From IMG/VR virus record IMGVR_UViG_2588253758_000004: a stretch of 64,000 nt of DNA; one strand, 5' to 3'. Origin of the DNA: a virus. Its lineage: Duplodnaviria > Caudoviricetes. The translations under genes were made by a program, and so were the position numbers. Shown here piece by piece: positions 18,627-28,775 of this stretch. The notes beneath the pieces were generated by a model. The model worked only from the letters and a program-made list of their open reading frames with translations. It searched no databases and was not told where the DNA came from. Numbering within the stretch: the stretch's first letter is position 1; the number at the start of each line of letters is the position of its first letter.

Positions 18627-20285
18627 TTATTGCAATTTCATTACACGATCTCCGCTACAACTATCGCTCACCCAAAGTGAACCGTTTGTAGCGGAGTTTT
18701 TTTGGACTTCCAATTCGTAAATGCGCATCTTCTTGCGAATGGTTAGCTCATCGAAGGTTGCAGAAACATTGCCTGTTGTTCGATTACGGATTATTGCCCA
18801 GCCAGCCCCTGCAAAGCCTGACGCAAAGTATTCAGAACTGAGTGAATCGAGAAAAACGGCATTGCCACAGTGCTTGATGCCACCCTCAATCGAGAGCAGG
18901 TAACTTTCGTTGCCGAAATATAGAGCGTTTGCGGTCAATCGTGTCGATGAGCCATCAATACCAATATGACCCGCAGCCTCGACAGGTTTTCCAAAGGTAA
19001 TGAAGTCAGCATCTGTGGTGATAAAGAGCGAATCGCTGTCACGGTTTAAGGGTTTGTAGATACTGGTTGATGGACGGTGCGAGAATCGTGTTTTGCAAAC
19101 CACATACAGGTTTTGATTTGCCTTGCCGTACTCTGATAGCGAAGAGAATGTAATACCGTCTTTATCACCGTATAGCATAGCTCCTTTGTCCGTTCCGAAG
19201 CGCAATCGTTTGTGCATAATCATACCCTCGTCATCGCTATCGACACGGTAACTGGACAACAATTCGTCACCGTAGTTGTGGCGTACTTTGAGTGAGTCGG
19301 GAAAATATGCCGCTCCGTAGTTGGTTAGCAGGATATTGTCGCCGTCTATGTCCGATATGCCTGCAAAGAGTCTAATTTTGTTTGTCGATTCACTTCCGAG
19401 TAACAAATCTGCACCGGCAGAGCTGAGTTGTATGTCGCCATCTCCAACTCTTATCAATACAGGAACTCCATCAATCTTTATTCCATATCCGGAGCCAAAC
19501 GAAAGGAAAGCATTGGCTGAGAGTGTATCTTTGGTTGCTGTAAGTAACGGCACACCATTAAATCCAAGCTCAAAACCATTGAGAGCACGAAACAAACCTC
19601 CAACCGTTGCTTTTTTTGCAACAGTTAGTGAATCTGAGACAGTGGCATTTTGCATCGACCAATCGACTGTTGACAGGTTCGCATTTCCCTTGTGCCATAC
19701 ATCGTGCCCATTAATCTGAATAGTCGATGTAGAGATGAAAACACAATTTGCTTTGTCTGGTCCAAAAACTATTTCGCCACTGCTTTTGATAGCTGCACCT
19801 GCTAAATCAAAGATTTCAGCATCAACGTTAGCTGTTCCTGTGACGGAGTTATATCTCAACAACTGCCTACCACCAATATAAAGACTCTCGCCTCCAATGC
19901 GAACATCACCATAAAGGCGAGTTCCATATCGCTCATCCTCATAGTAGGTTTCAATCAGACGTGTATTACCGATACCAGCTTCAAACCCATAATTCGCCCG
20001 AAACATGCCAGACATATCGCCACCAGACTTTTTCAGATAATCAATCAGCACCCCTCCGCCACCAGAACCACCACCTTCGACAGCTCCGGCAATCGCATCA
20101 GCAAATCCATAAGCGGTGTTCCGTAGGCGTATCGAGGTATCATCGCCTTCTGAAATGCCATACGGATTATCGGGACTCTTCTTATCCTGAGCATTGAAAA
20201 AGTTGTTGTATAACTGGGAATATATCGAATAGCATAATGAGTCTCTGTCTAACTCGCCAATGCCGGGCAGTAGTTGCAGGCTCAT
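18627..20285 (-). CDS. Tail/fibre structural protein
   Basis: ATG 20285 (ATGA overlap with the upstream gene); YLKKSGGDMSG, VWHKGN and FDELTIRKKMRIYELEVQK motifs. Confidence 0.65.
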   Translation of the reverse strand: MSLQLLPGIGELDRDSLCYSIYSQLYNNFFNAQDKKSPDNPYGISEGDDTSIRLRNTAYGFADAIAGAVEGGGSGGGGVLIDYLKKSGGDMSGMFRANYGFEAGIGNTRLIETYYEDERYGTRLYGDVRIGGESLYIGGRQLLRYNSVTGTANVDAEIFDLAGAAIKSSGEIVFGPDKANCVFISTSTIQINGHDVWHKGNANLSTVDWSMQNATVSDSLTVAKKATVGGLFRALNGFELGFNGVPLLTATKDTLSANAFLSFGSGYGIKIDGVPVLIRVGDGDIQLSSAGADLLLGSESTNKIRLFAGISDIDGDNILLTNYGAAYFPDSLKVRHNYGDELLSSYRVDSDDEGMIMHKRLRFGTDKGAMLYGDKDGITFSSLSEYGKANQNLYVVCKTRFSHRPSTSIYKPLNRDSDSLFITTDADFITFGKPVEAAGHIGIDGSSTRLTANALYFGNESYLLSIEGGIKHCGNAVFLDSLSSEYFASGFAGAGWAIIRNRTTGNVSATFDELTIRKKMRIYELEVQKNSATNGSLWVSDSCSGDRVMKLQ

Positions 20286-21157
20286 TTGGTATAAGATGTT
20301 TTGGATAAGAATTTTTGAATCTTTGAAGCGAGCGAAGGGAAGTTTGGACAGTTGATTGCAGGCATCGTCCCCATCAATGTCGGGGTCATAATTTTTGAGC
20401 ACTCTGTGATGAATTCGAGCATCAATTGAGCCAACTCATTACCCAATACCAACGGTTCGGTAGCATTTTCATCGCCAAGTGTAACCTTATTGTCCGCCAA
20501 CACAATGGTCGTACGGTTTACCTTTTGCTGTATTTTATCTTTGGATTGATTGACTTCTGATTTATCAACCTTGTGAGTAATAGTTTCGGCAACTACTGTG
20601 ATTGTTGCCTCTTTATCGTTCTTATTCTTTACAGAAGTCAGAACCTGCTCTGCTGTGTATTTGGTCGTTGCCTGATTTCCGGTAGGCTCCAATTCATCAT
20701 AGTCGGGAGAATCATTACTCTCAGGGTCTAACTCTTCGGTTTCGACGACACCTACAACGGTCTCTTTATGAGCGTGAATTTGGATGAAATCGGCGTGGGA
20801 GAAGTTGACCACATAGCTATATCTGGTAGCTGCATCGCTAACGATGGTCACATCCGAGAACAGAGTCGGAATAATCAGAAAACCACCTGCATTGTCTTTA
20901 GCCCCGGCAAGTAGCACGCCTTTATGGATAAATGGCTCTGTGCTGGCAGTCTCATCGGGAAACTCTCCCACGTCAATTGTGCCACAAAACTCATCACTTG
21001 GATCATCATTAATTTTGGCAACATACCCGTGAATCAATCGTGCCGTTCCCACACCGCCCGTTCCTGATGGCGACATATTCACACGGTCAATACTACGTCC
21101 CAGAGCAATCTTACGGATTGCCTCGCTTATCATCCGTCCACTATTTGCTGAATCCAT
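20282..21157 (-). CDS. Baseplate spike / gpV-like protein
   Basis: 291 aa, OB-like N-terminus and C-terminal EPLVLGNEL; follows the hub gene. Confidence 0.55.
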   Translation of the reverse strand: MDSANSGRMISEAIRKIALGRSIDRVNMSPSGTGGVGTARLIHGYVAKINDDPSDEFCGTIDVGEFPDETASTEPFIHKGVLLAGAKDNAGGFLIIPTLFSDVTIVSDAATRYSYVVNFSHADFIQIHAHKETVVGVVETEELDPESNDSPDYDELEPTGNQATTKYTAEQVLTSVKNKNDKEATITVVAETITHKVDKSEVNQSKDKIQQKVNRTTIVLADNKVTLGDENATEPLVLGNELAQLMLEFITECSKIMTPTLMGTMPAINCPNFPSLASKIQKFLSKTSYTK

Positions 21158-21173
21158 ACTATGCTTTTGGTAA

Positions 21174-21202
21174 AGAATAGTGCGAATTGGTTGAAATGGA
21201 TT
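21174..21202 (-). promoter_or_regulatory. Putative late promoter (one mismatch: AATC-N18-CTATTCT)
   Basis: AGAATAG(21174-21180)-18 nt-GATT, 16 nt before ATG 21157. Confidence 0.55.
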
Positions 21203-21334
21203 ATCTTTGCTATGCTACTCTTTGTGTTGCCGCGTCATTATTATTTTGATGTAAGTCAATTATTTTCAACAAAAAACATCAAAAATCAAAGAATACCCAT
21301 TATATTTGCATATTATTTGGAAAGGAATTGTTTT

Positions 21335-21814
21335 ATGAACAATATTAACGACATAGTAGACTATATCATCTCTAAGGTTAAGTCAGAAGATGATTCTGCA
21401 TCTTTGATTAATTTAAAGTTGCAGAAACTATTGTATTATATTCAGGCTTGGTCATATGGTATTAATGGGAAAGCTATGTTTGAAGGCGAATTTCAAGCGT
21501 GGGTTCATGGCCCTGTAAATAGAGAAATATATGATAGATTCAATCCAACCAAGTATTTATATTCCGAAATAAATCTGGAAGATAGAATAAAAACTGATGT
21601 GAAAATAGATGAAGAAACTGCTGAATTCATTGATTTTATCTTGGAAAATTATCTTAAATATAGCGGTGCCGAACTAGAACGTCTTTCGCATTCTGAGTTA
21701 CCTTGGATTCAAACAAGAGGTAAGATAGGAGCATATGATAGGTGTGAAGAATGTATCTCTGAGGAATTATTAATTAGTTATTATGGCTCCAAGTGGAAAG
21801 AGATTAACTCATAA
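21335..21814 (+). CDS. Panacea (DUF4065/SocA-like) antitoxin
   Basis: NLKLQKLLYY, FQAWVHGPV, LERLSHSELPW; ATG 21335 after TATATTTG (21301). Confidence 0.88.
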   Translation: MNNINDIVDYIISKVKSEDDSASLINLKLQKLLYYIQAWSYGINGKAMFEGEFQAWVHGPVNREIYDRFNPTKYLYSEINLEDRIKTDVKIDEETAEFIDFILENYLKYSGAELERLSHSELPWIQTRGKIGAYDRCEECISEELLISYYGSKWKEINS

Positions 21815-22520
21815 TATTGCCAAATATGGCAATTCATTAATCAATAAAGAACAAGAAAAAGCAATAAGGGAGACCAATATTGCTTTTTCTTTTGAATATT
21901 ATAAAGAGATAGATTTATTTGGTGTTGGACATTGTGATGCAAAATGGCATATAAGCATATATGATAGGCTGGCATCATTATCATGTTTGACACCCAAAGA
22001 CATATTGGAGGATGGAAGGTACAAAGAAACTCTTAAATGTCATGCGATTGATTGGTCTGCAAAAAACATTCCCATTGAAAAAAAATCTCTAAATTGGCTC
22101 CCTCATCACGTATTGGATGGTGACGAATTTCCAATTATGCAACTGTCAATATCTAAAGGAACAGGAAGAATTATTGGCTTTTTTGACAAAGACTCATTTG
22201 TGTTTAATATAATACTATTTGATCCAAATCATAATTTACAACCTTCAAACTATAGTGACTATAAAATGAGGCCAACCCTAATTGGCACATCTCAATATGA
22301 CGACCTTCTAGGAAAGCTTATTGTTATCAGAGATGAGATGAGTAAATGCCCCCAAACATCTTGTATTCTCAACGCTCACATAGATAATATTGAAAACACA
22401 CACAACATAATATATGTAGGACTCGATGCAGACTTCTATGAACAATATATTGAGATAATTAAGACTCATTCCTTGAGGGATATTGTTGAAGAAGGAATTT
22501 TCAAATTTATGACTGAGTAA
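21783..22520 (+). CDS. Putative toxin partner (RelE/MAG6450-like RNase fold)
   Basis: Overlaps the antitoxin; FSFEY...HAIDW...GRIIGFF...FNIILFDPNHNL. Confidence 0.55.
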   Translation: MAPSGKRLTHNIAKYGNSLINKEQEKAIRETNIAFSFEYYKEIDLFGVGHCDAKWHISIYDRLASLSCLTPKDILEDGRYKETLKCHAIDWSAKNIPIEKKSLNWLPHHVLDGDEFPIMQLSISKGTGRIIGFFDKDSFVFNIILFDPNHNLQPSNYSDYKMRPTLIGTSQYDDLLGKLIVIRDEMSKCPQTSCILNAHIDNIENTHNIIYVGLDADFYEQYIEIIKTHSLRDIVEEGIFKFMTE

Positions 22521-23826
22521 ATTTAGCTTTATACGGCACAGTGATTTTCTGCCTATACCCATTTGTCCCAAAGGTGGTTGTTACTTCATCAATGATATAA
22601 ACTCCGTTCTTTGACGGGTTACGTGTGTCGATGAGTTCCACTTGCACGGCGGTGTTTAGAGCTAAATCGCCGAAGATGGTGACAGAGCCGGTGATGCCGT
22701 TCAGGTTGTAGTTCTTGAAGTATTCGATGGTCTCCTCGACCAACTTGTCAGAGTCTATATTCATATTGGGCGACATATAGGGAGCAATGGTGTAGGTGCT
22801 CAAATCAACCTTGGTCTTTGTTGCTGCTCCCTCTGCGGTGGTGTTGCCGGTAACCTTGTGTGTCTTCTTACTGATTTGGGTTGCGTTTACCGTCTGAAAC
22901 TCTTTGCTGCCTACTACGGTCGGGTCGTACTCCGGATTTAGTCGAACTGTTACCTCGAAAAACTTCTCATCAGCTCCCAATGCTTTGCCGGTGACGGCAA
23001 GAAACTTCGGGTCGGTCTTGATCACTTTCAAATCGCTCTGGGCAACGTGGTAATCAAATAGAATTTTAAACGGTTTTGCTTCACTGTCTTGTGGGAAAGT
23101 AGGTTGGCTTTTACTGGACGAGTAAGGGCGACCAATAGCAATCGTCGGCATATTGTTTGGGCTGTTCTCGTCATACTTCAGGAAGCAATAGACCTTATAT
23201 TTAGACCATTCTGAGAGAATATCAGCCACCGTAAAATTGTCGGTAATCTTGACTTTGCCGATTTGAATATCAAAACGCTTGGTCTCCGAGTGAACCTCAA
23301 AACCGGTGTCTTTCAATAACCCGTATTTCTCGCCCAGAATATCATTTACCTTGCAAGTCTTCGTAGTTTCAAACTTTGGAGCCTGCTTTAGTTTGAGTTT
23401 GTAAGCCATATTTTCGCACTGAATCTCAAACTGACTATCGGAATTGTACGCCGTGATATAGCCATCAAACATATTTTTGAGCACACCGTTGTAACCCAGT
23501 TTGATATTTACCCGCTGCCCGATGGTGAACGTGGTTGCATCCATAGCTTGCTGAGAGGTGCGCTTTTCGATGATTACGCCGTCCTCCATAATCTCAGTGG
23601 TTACACGCTTGGCATCTTTGCCCTCGATGGTGGCATTGCCAATAACGGTGCTCTGAAACACCGTCCCTTTCGGGAAGGTTATCTTTGCCGTGCCTATCAG
23701 CTTTTTATAGCTCTCGTCAATCTCAATTTCCTGCACTTCGGTTAGCACAATGGGGTTGTTGATAGCTATCGGATTGGCAGGGTCAGCATCGCCAATCGTT
23801 ATTTTACAGGTCAGTATGTCAATCAT
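22507..23826 (-). CDS. Baseplate hub / late control D-like protein
   Basis: TAKITFP, VNIKLGYNG...FDGYI, GSVTIFG, GVYIIDEVTTTFGTNGYRQKI. Confidence 0.7.
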   Translation of the reverse strand: MIDILTCKITIGDADPANPIAINNPIVLTEVQEIEIDESYKKLIGTAKITFPKGTVFQSTVIGNATIEGKDAKRVTTEIMEDGVIIEKRTSQQAMDATTFTIGQRVNIKLGYNGVLKNMFDGYITAYNSDSQFEIQCENMAYKLKLKQAPKFETTKTCKVNDILGEKYGLLKDTGFEVHSETKRFDIQIGKVKITDNFTVADILSEWSKYKVYCFLKYDENSPNNMPTIAIGRPYSSSKSQPTFPQDSEAKPFKILFDYHVAQSDLKVIKTDPKFLAVTGKALGADEKFFEVTVRLNPEYDPTVVGSKEFQTVNATQISKKTHKVTGNTTAEGAATKTKVDLSTYTIAPYMSPNMNIDSDKLVEETIEYFKNYNLNGITGSVTIFGDLALNTAVQVELIDTRNPSKNGVYIIDEVTTTFGTNGYRQKITVPYKAKFTQS

Positions 23827-23829
23827 TGC

Positions 23830-24795
23830 TTAGAACCATTTTAAGAGTGAAGAGGGGTCTACTACGCCTCGCCCGATGTTGACAATCTTAATCCACTTGT
23901 TCGTCTCACGAATGGCATCGTCCACCTTTTCTTGCTCGGCAATTTTTAACTCGATGCTTTCGGACGGCTCAACCGCTACACACGAGAGTGAATAGGGCTG
24001 CACATTGCGGCAATCGGCAGTCGGCAGCGAATAGTTTAGCACGATAAGTTTTTCGATTTTGAACTGGCGCAAAATTGTATTATCGCAGTCAATCACCCCT
24101 TTGAACTGCATCAACTTCAAAAACTTCGACACCTCTGCTTCCGGGTAGACATCTGGGTATTTGCTCGTGATTTTGCCATTGATAGAAACCTCTAAATCAC
24201 CACCCGAAACATACTCCTTTCGGGTGTAGTCTCGCCCCTGCACCTGTGTCATTACGATATTGTTCTTACTGCCTACCTGCACCATTGGTTGAAGGTCGAT
24301 AAAAGCCACCTCACCATACTTACTGTTAGGTTCAACTTTTCCCGAAGCTGTATCGTAATAATTCCCCTCTTTGCTGATAGAGAGCTCCAAAAAGTCCGCA
24401 ACCACACGTCCGACAATGGTGTCGGTGTAGCTTTTCTTTTTGGCAACGGCTTGTTGCTCCGAGATAAGTTGATAGTATTGTCCGGCTTTGTTTGCAATGC
24501 TGGTCTGCGACACGCTCTGAAGGATTTTGTCTCGCTCCCGTTGCTCCCAGTATTGGATAAAACGAGGATAAGAACGTAATGCTCCATATGCCAATTGAGA
24601 TGCTGTTTGAATCAATGCACGTTTGAGAATCTCCCTATCTTTCGAGAAGTAATGCACCGCGCCGTCTTGAAACTCCGCCAAGCCCATACCAAGAGCACGT
24701 CGGGCAGCATTACCAATGTAGCCACCCAGCGAACCGTTGCTGATGATTCCTCCGCTAAGAAGAACCGATTTACCTATATTCCAGAGTCTACTCAT
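23830..24795 (-). CDS. DUF6046-like tail tube initiator protein
   Basis: KNNIVMTQVQGRDYTRKEYVSGGDLEVSING; follows the tape measure gene. Confidence 0.6.
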   Translation of the reverse strand: MSRLWNIGKSVLLSGGIISNGSLGGYIGNAARRALGMGLAEFQDGAVHYFSKDREILKRALIQTASQLAYGALRSYPRFIQYWEQRERDKILQSVSQTSIANKAGQYYQLISEQQAVAKKKSYTDTIVGRVVADFLELSISKEGNYYDTASGKVEPNSKYGEVAFIDLQPMVQVGSKNNIVMTQVQGRDYTRKEYVSGGDLEVSINGKITSKYPDVYPEAEVSKFLKLMQFKGVIDCDNTILRQFKIEKLIVLNYSLPTADCRNVQPYSLSCVAVEPSESIELKIAEQEKVDDAIRETNKWIKIVNIGRGVVDPSSLLKWF

Positions 24796-24813
24796 TGTTG
24801 TTTTTTTAGTGAA

Positions 24814-27800
24814 TTAGCCGTTCCATGACGCATCAAAATCATGCACCACATCAATTAGTGCTTGTGCTAACTGCTCTTTGAGTCCCTGCACCTCAGACGA
24901 TTTGCCATCTTCTGATTTGAGTATTTTGATTGCCTCGACACTCAGTAAGTTGGTGATGTTGACGATGACCTGTTTCGGTGCAGCGGATGAAAGTTTGCCG
25001 GTTCCCGAATAGTTACCACCAGCCAGTCCATCGTCCGGGTCGCCGGTGTTGTAGGTGATTCCGTTTGCGTTCCAAGGCTGCGGATCTGCTCTGTCGGGTT
25101 CGTTGGAATAGAGTAACCGTGTAAAGCCTGCTTTCTCCATAATATTTTTGGCAATCTCTTCCGAACCTCCCCATGTCTGACGGAGTGAAGCCATCATATT
25201 CACCACACGATTGTGCACATCCTGAGAACCTGCGAGGGCATCTTCACGCTCTTTGTCGGTGGCGTTCTTATCCAATGCACGCTGCACCCAATTGCCGTTC
25301 TTATCTTTGTAGAATCCACGGTCAGTAAGTGCTTTGTAGCTAAAACCTGCTTTTACCAGTGCACTCTGAGCGGCATCGGGCGAAGCCATTATCTGACGAT
25401 ACAGTGTCGTAAAGTTGGTAATCTCAGGCACCAACTCTCGGTTCATATAATCGACATAATCGTAAAGTTTGTAAGCATCGGCCTCTTTCATATCGCCAAT
25501 GCCCTTCACATAGTTTGCCTTACCGTCTTTGCCGATTGTAAATAGAGTGCGGTCTAACGAACCCTCGTCCTGACCATATTTGGAGCGGATATTTTGCATA
25601 AACGCACCAATCTCAATGTCGGTTCGGGCTTTACCTAAATCTGCATAAGCCGAGTTGATACGTGACTGACTATCCTTACGAGCAAGGGTGCGAAGAGCAC
25701 TTCGGGTGTCGTCTTGACGGGCATCGTTGTATGTGTATTGATTAGCATAACTGGTATAACCACCATACCTTGCACTCATACCTGAGCCCATTGAAGAGAG
25801 AGTCGCCGCCCACCAGTTGCCTGTGAATGCACCAATCTTTTGCCCCGACCCTTCGGTAATGGTTTTGCCAGAAGTCAATTCGTCCATTGCCTTCTTAGCC
25901 TCCATAGCTGTTTTGTAGGTGACAGCCAGTGAGCTATTTAGGGCATCAATCGAGGGATAACGGTACTTCTCATTTGCCCGAATCTCCTCCAAAACGGCAT
26001 CCTTTGCCTCTTTGACCTTCCAAGTCTTATATGCCAAAAATCCGATTGCACCAATAAGGGCACTCACTCCGGCAGTGGCAACCAATGCACCTGTCCCAAG
26101 TGCTGCGATCGAGGCTCCGGCACCAATCAAACCATTTCCTGTGGCTACCTGATTGGCAAATAGACCAGCTCCCTTGAGCCCCATGCCTCCAACTCCGGCA
26201 GACATCAGAGCTTGAGCCATTGCCCCCTTGCCCGACACACCTGCCGCACTCAGAGCCGTTACGATTTGGCGTTTGGCTCCGAAAGAGAGCTTACCGCCAC
26301 CCATACCGACCAATGACGTGATGGCCTGAAGTCCTGACGATGCAACAGACTGCTTGCCCATAAATCCGAGTGCAACCCCGATATTGGTAATCGCCCCGGC
26401 GAGTTTGAATAGACGTGTAGCAACGAAGCTCGAAAACAGCAGCGGCTCAATCCAATGAAAATTACGCCCAACCCAAGCACCTATCTTAGCAAGCACCGAA
26501 ACGATATTGAGCAGTGCCTGACCAATGGAAGCCAATCCAACGGCAAACTCACGGCTCTTGAACTTCTCAATAAGCTCCCGAAGTGTCGATTTTATGATAG
26601 GTTCGATAATCTCATAGCCCTGCATAAAACTTTCGGTCACCTGAGAGGTCATCTGTGCCCAGAGTCCTTTGGTGTTTTCCTGCTTGACCTTGGCAAGTTC
26701 TGTTGAAATGCCGTGTGAGCCTTGATTCTGCACGGTGAGGGTTTTAAGCTGCTCGTAGTTGCGGACAAACATCATAGCCGCATTACCGCCGATTTTACCG
26801 AATATGGCCTGCATATCGCCCATCGTGGCACCCTTCTTATTGAGCTCCTCAAAAATCTCTGCCAGTGGGCGTAGTCGCTCAACCTGTTTTCCATAAACAT
26901 CTTCGTGGGTCGTAAACTTCACTCCAAGACGGTCGAGCGTATTTTGAGATTCACGAGTCGGTTTGGCAAAACGTGTAGCCATAGCACGCATAGCAGTACC
27001 CGCCATCGTACCTTTGACACCCATATTACCCAAAATACCAATCGCTGCGGAACTTTCGGTAAATTCCACCCCTGCCATACGCATATAACCTGCCGCCATC
27101 TTATAGGATTCTGCCATCTCAATGATGTTCACATTCGAGCGAGAGATGGTCGATGCCAAAATATCGGCAACCGAGTTCATACTCTCACTCTTGATGTCGT
27201 ACCCGGCCATTATATTGGTCGCGAGGTCGGCAATCTGAGATACATCATTATCGCCAATCAGAGCAAGGTTCGTAATCGGGCGTATCGACTCGTTGATGGT
27301 ATTGATGTTCATACCCGCCATTGAGAGGTATTTCACCGCCCCTGCAACTTCTGAGGCGGTAAATTTGGTCTCCACACCAATCTGACGAACATACATCGCC
27401 ATCTTCGTGAAACGGCTCTCGAAGGTGGTCAAATCAGAGTCGGCAACCCGCAAAATGCTCTGTGCCGAGGTCATAATGTTGGAATACTCAATCGCCTTGG
27501 TCAGCTCCGTGCGCAGAAAGCCATACATCATATAGGCGTTGAACATATGCGCCATCGGCAGTGTCCTGAGCGATGGAGTTCGGGCATATTGCAGTCGATT
27601 AATAGCCGCACGTTGTCGGTTGGTCTGCCCGGTGACAATATTACGCTGTCCGCGCTGAACGGTATTGATTACCTGTGCCGCATTTTGCCTGTCGGTACGT
27701 GTTTTGTCTCTGGCTGTGCGAGCAGCTTCGGTTGCGGCTTGTCGCTCTCGCATATCATTCGAGCGCATCCGAAACTGACGATCCCACTCTTGACCTCGTA

Positions 27801-28638
27801 ATTGTTGTTGAAGTCGCTGTGCTCTTAACTTGTCAGCCGCATCCTCTTTACCAAACTCTCGTTTCTGTGTCGCAAGGGCACGGTTGGTGATCAGCCTCTC
27901 GTTGAGTTTGTCCGATACGGCTTGCGGTAATACATATTCCCGAACCGGGTTATAGACAAAGGGCGGTTTGATGGTATTTGCGATCGGGTTTGCAGCGGTA
28001 GCCTTGCCGGGCGACCCCATACCCATACCGAGAGTCATCTTCGATGCTCCCTTTATCTGGTTCATCAAGCCGAGAATCTCAATGAGTCGCTGTTTGGCAA
28101 CGTCGGTCTTGATGTTTATCTCACGACCTTTTTCAAGCTGAACTAGTGCAGCGGTAATCTTACCAATAACCTTTGTGATACTCTTCTGAGCATCAAGCAT
28201 AGACTTGACTGAGGTTGCTGCACTCTGCTCAACGGCTGCATTACGGCTCTCTGCCTCTTTCTTATTGAGCAGAGCTTTGGCTTTCGCCTTGATATTCTTG
28301 CTGTCTAATGGCTGATTGGCATTAATAACCAAATTGATACCCTTTGACATCTCTCTGATTTCACCAAGCAGGCTTTTCACACGGGTCAGTTTCTCTTCGG
28401 TTCCTGTCGTGTCGATAGATACCTTGTAGTTATAGTCCCGCTTCTTACCTGACTGAGTACGAAAAGCCTTGTCAATTTCGGTCATCATACTCTGAATGTT
28501 GGCAAGTGCAGGTTTTATATCTGCCTTTGCCTGCATCAGTTTTCCAACAGCAGTTGCAAACTCCTGAACCTGTGTAGTTCCCTTTGTCGCATCTACATTG
28601 ATAGTATAACTGACTGTATAGTTTTGATCTTGAGCCAT
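24814..28638 (-). CDS. Tail tape measure protein
   Basis: 1274 aa; TP901-type core (TKFTASEVAGAVKYLSMAG, GVKGTMAGTAMR), Ala/Gly-rich helical region. Confidence 0.92.
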   Translation of the reverse strand: MAQDQNYTVSYTINVDATKGTTQVQEFATAVGKLMQAKADIKPALANIQSMMTEIDKAFRTQSGKKRDYNYKVSIDTTGTEEKLTRVKSLLGEIREMSKGINLVINANQPLDSKNIKAKAKALLNKKEAESRNAAVEQSAATSVKSMLDAQKSITKVIGKITAALVQLEKGREINIKTDVAKQRLIEILGLMNQIKGASKMTLGMGMGSPGKATAANPIANTIKPPFVYNPVREYVLPQAVSDKLNERLITNRALATQKREFGKEDAADKLRAQRLQQQLRGQEWDRQFRMRSNDMRERQAATEAARTARDKTRTDRQNAAQVINTVQRGQRNIVTGQTNRQRAAINRLQYARTPSLRTLPMAHMFNAYMMYGFLRTELTKAIEYSNIMTSAQSILRVADSDLTTFESRFTKMAMYVRQIGVETKFTASEVAGAVKYLSMAGMNINTINESIRPITNLALIGDNDVSQIADLATNIMAGYDIKSESMNSVADILASTISRSNVNIIEMAESYKMAAGYMRMAGVEFTESSAAIGILGNMGVKGTMAGTAMRAMATRFAKPTRESQNTLDRLGVKFTTHEDVYGKQVERLRPLAEIFEELNKKGATMGDMQAIFGKIGGNAAMMFVRNYEQLKTLTVQNQGSHGISTELAKVKQENTKGLWAQMTSQVTESFMQGYEIIEPIIKSTLRELIEKFKSREFAVGLASIGQALLNIVSVLAKIGAWVGRNFHWIEPLLFSSFVATRLFKLAGAITNIGVALGFMGKQSVASSGLQAITSLVGMGGGKLSFGAKRQIVTALSAAGVSGKGAMAQALMSAGVGGMGLKGAGLFANQVATGNGLIGAGASIAALGTGALVATAGVSALIGAIGFLAYKTWKVKEAKDAVLEEIRANEKYRYPSIDALNSSLAVTYKTAMEAKKAMDELTSGKTITEGSGQKIGAFTGNWWAATLSSMGSGMSARYGGYTSYANQYTYNDARQDDTRSALRTLARKDSQSRINSAYADLGKARTDIEIGAFMQNIRSKYGQDEGSLDRTLFTIGKDGKANYVKGIGDMKEADAYKLYDYVDYMNRELVPEITNFTTLYRQIMASPDAAQSALVKAGFSYKALTDRGFYKDKNGNWVQRALDKNATDKEREDALAGSQDVHNRVVNMMASLRQTWGGSEEIAKNIMEKAGFTRLLYSNEPDRADPQPWNANGITYNTGDPDDGLAGGNYSGTGKLSSAAPKQVIVNITNLLSVEAIKILKSEDGKSSEVQGLKEQLAQALIDVVHDFDASWNG

Positions 28639-28657
28639 TCGCTACATCTTTATACAA

Positions 28658-28686
28658 AGAATAGCAGAATTTGACCGTGATAGTTT
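28658..28686 (-). promoter_or_regulatory. Putative late promoter
   Basis: AGAATAG(28658-28664)-18 nt-GTTT(28683-28686), 19 nt before the tape measure ATG. Confidence 0.72.
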
Positions 28687-28727
28687 AATGCAATACGAGT
28701 TGCTTATTGACGAAAACATACATATAG

Positions 28728-28758
28728 TTTGTTTTTCGTCAATAAGTCGTTATCTTTG
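28728..28758 (+). promoter_or_regulatory. Bacteroidota housekeeping promoter TTTG-N19-TATCTTTG
   Basis: Canonical -33/-7 boxes before ATG 28776. Confidence 0.7.
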
Positions 28759-28775
28759 CACTAAATATTCTATTT

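Noticed and set aside
21161-21334. N-terminal extensions in the ORF track (21161, 20402, 36130, 31831, 50111, 53949, 61752)
   Set aside because: They overlap promoters or neighbouring genes; downstream ATGs fit leaders and domain starts better
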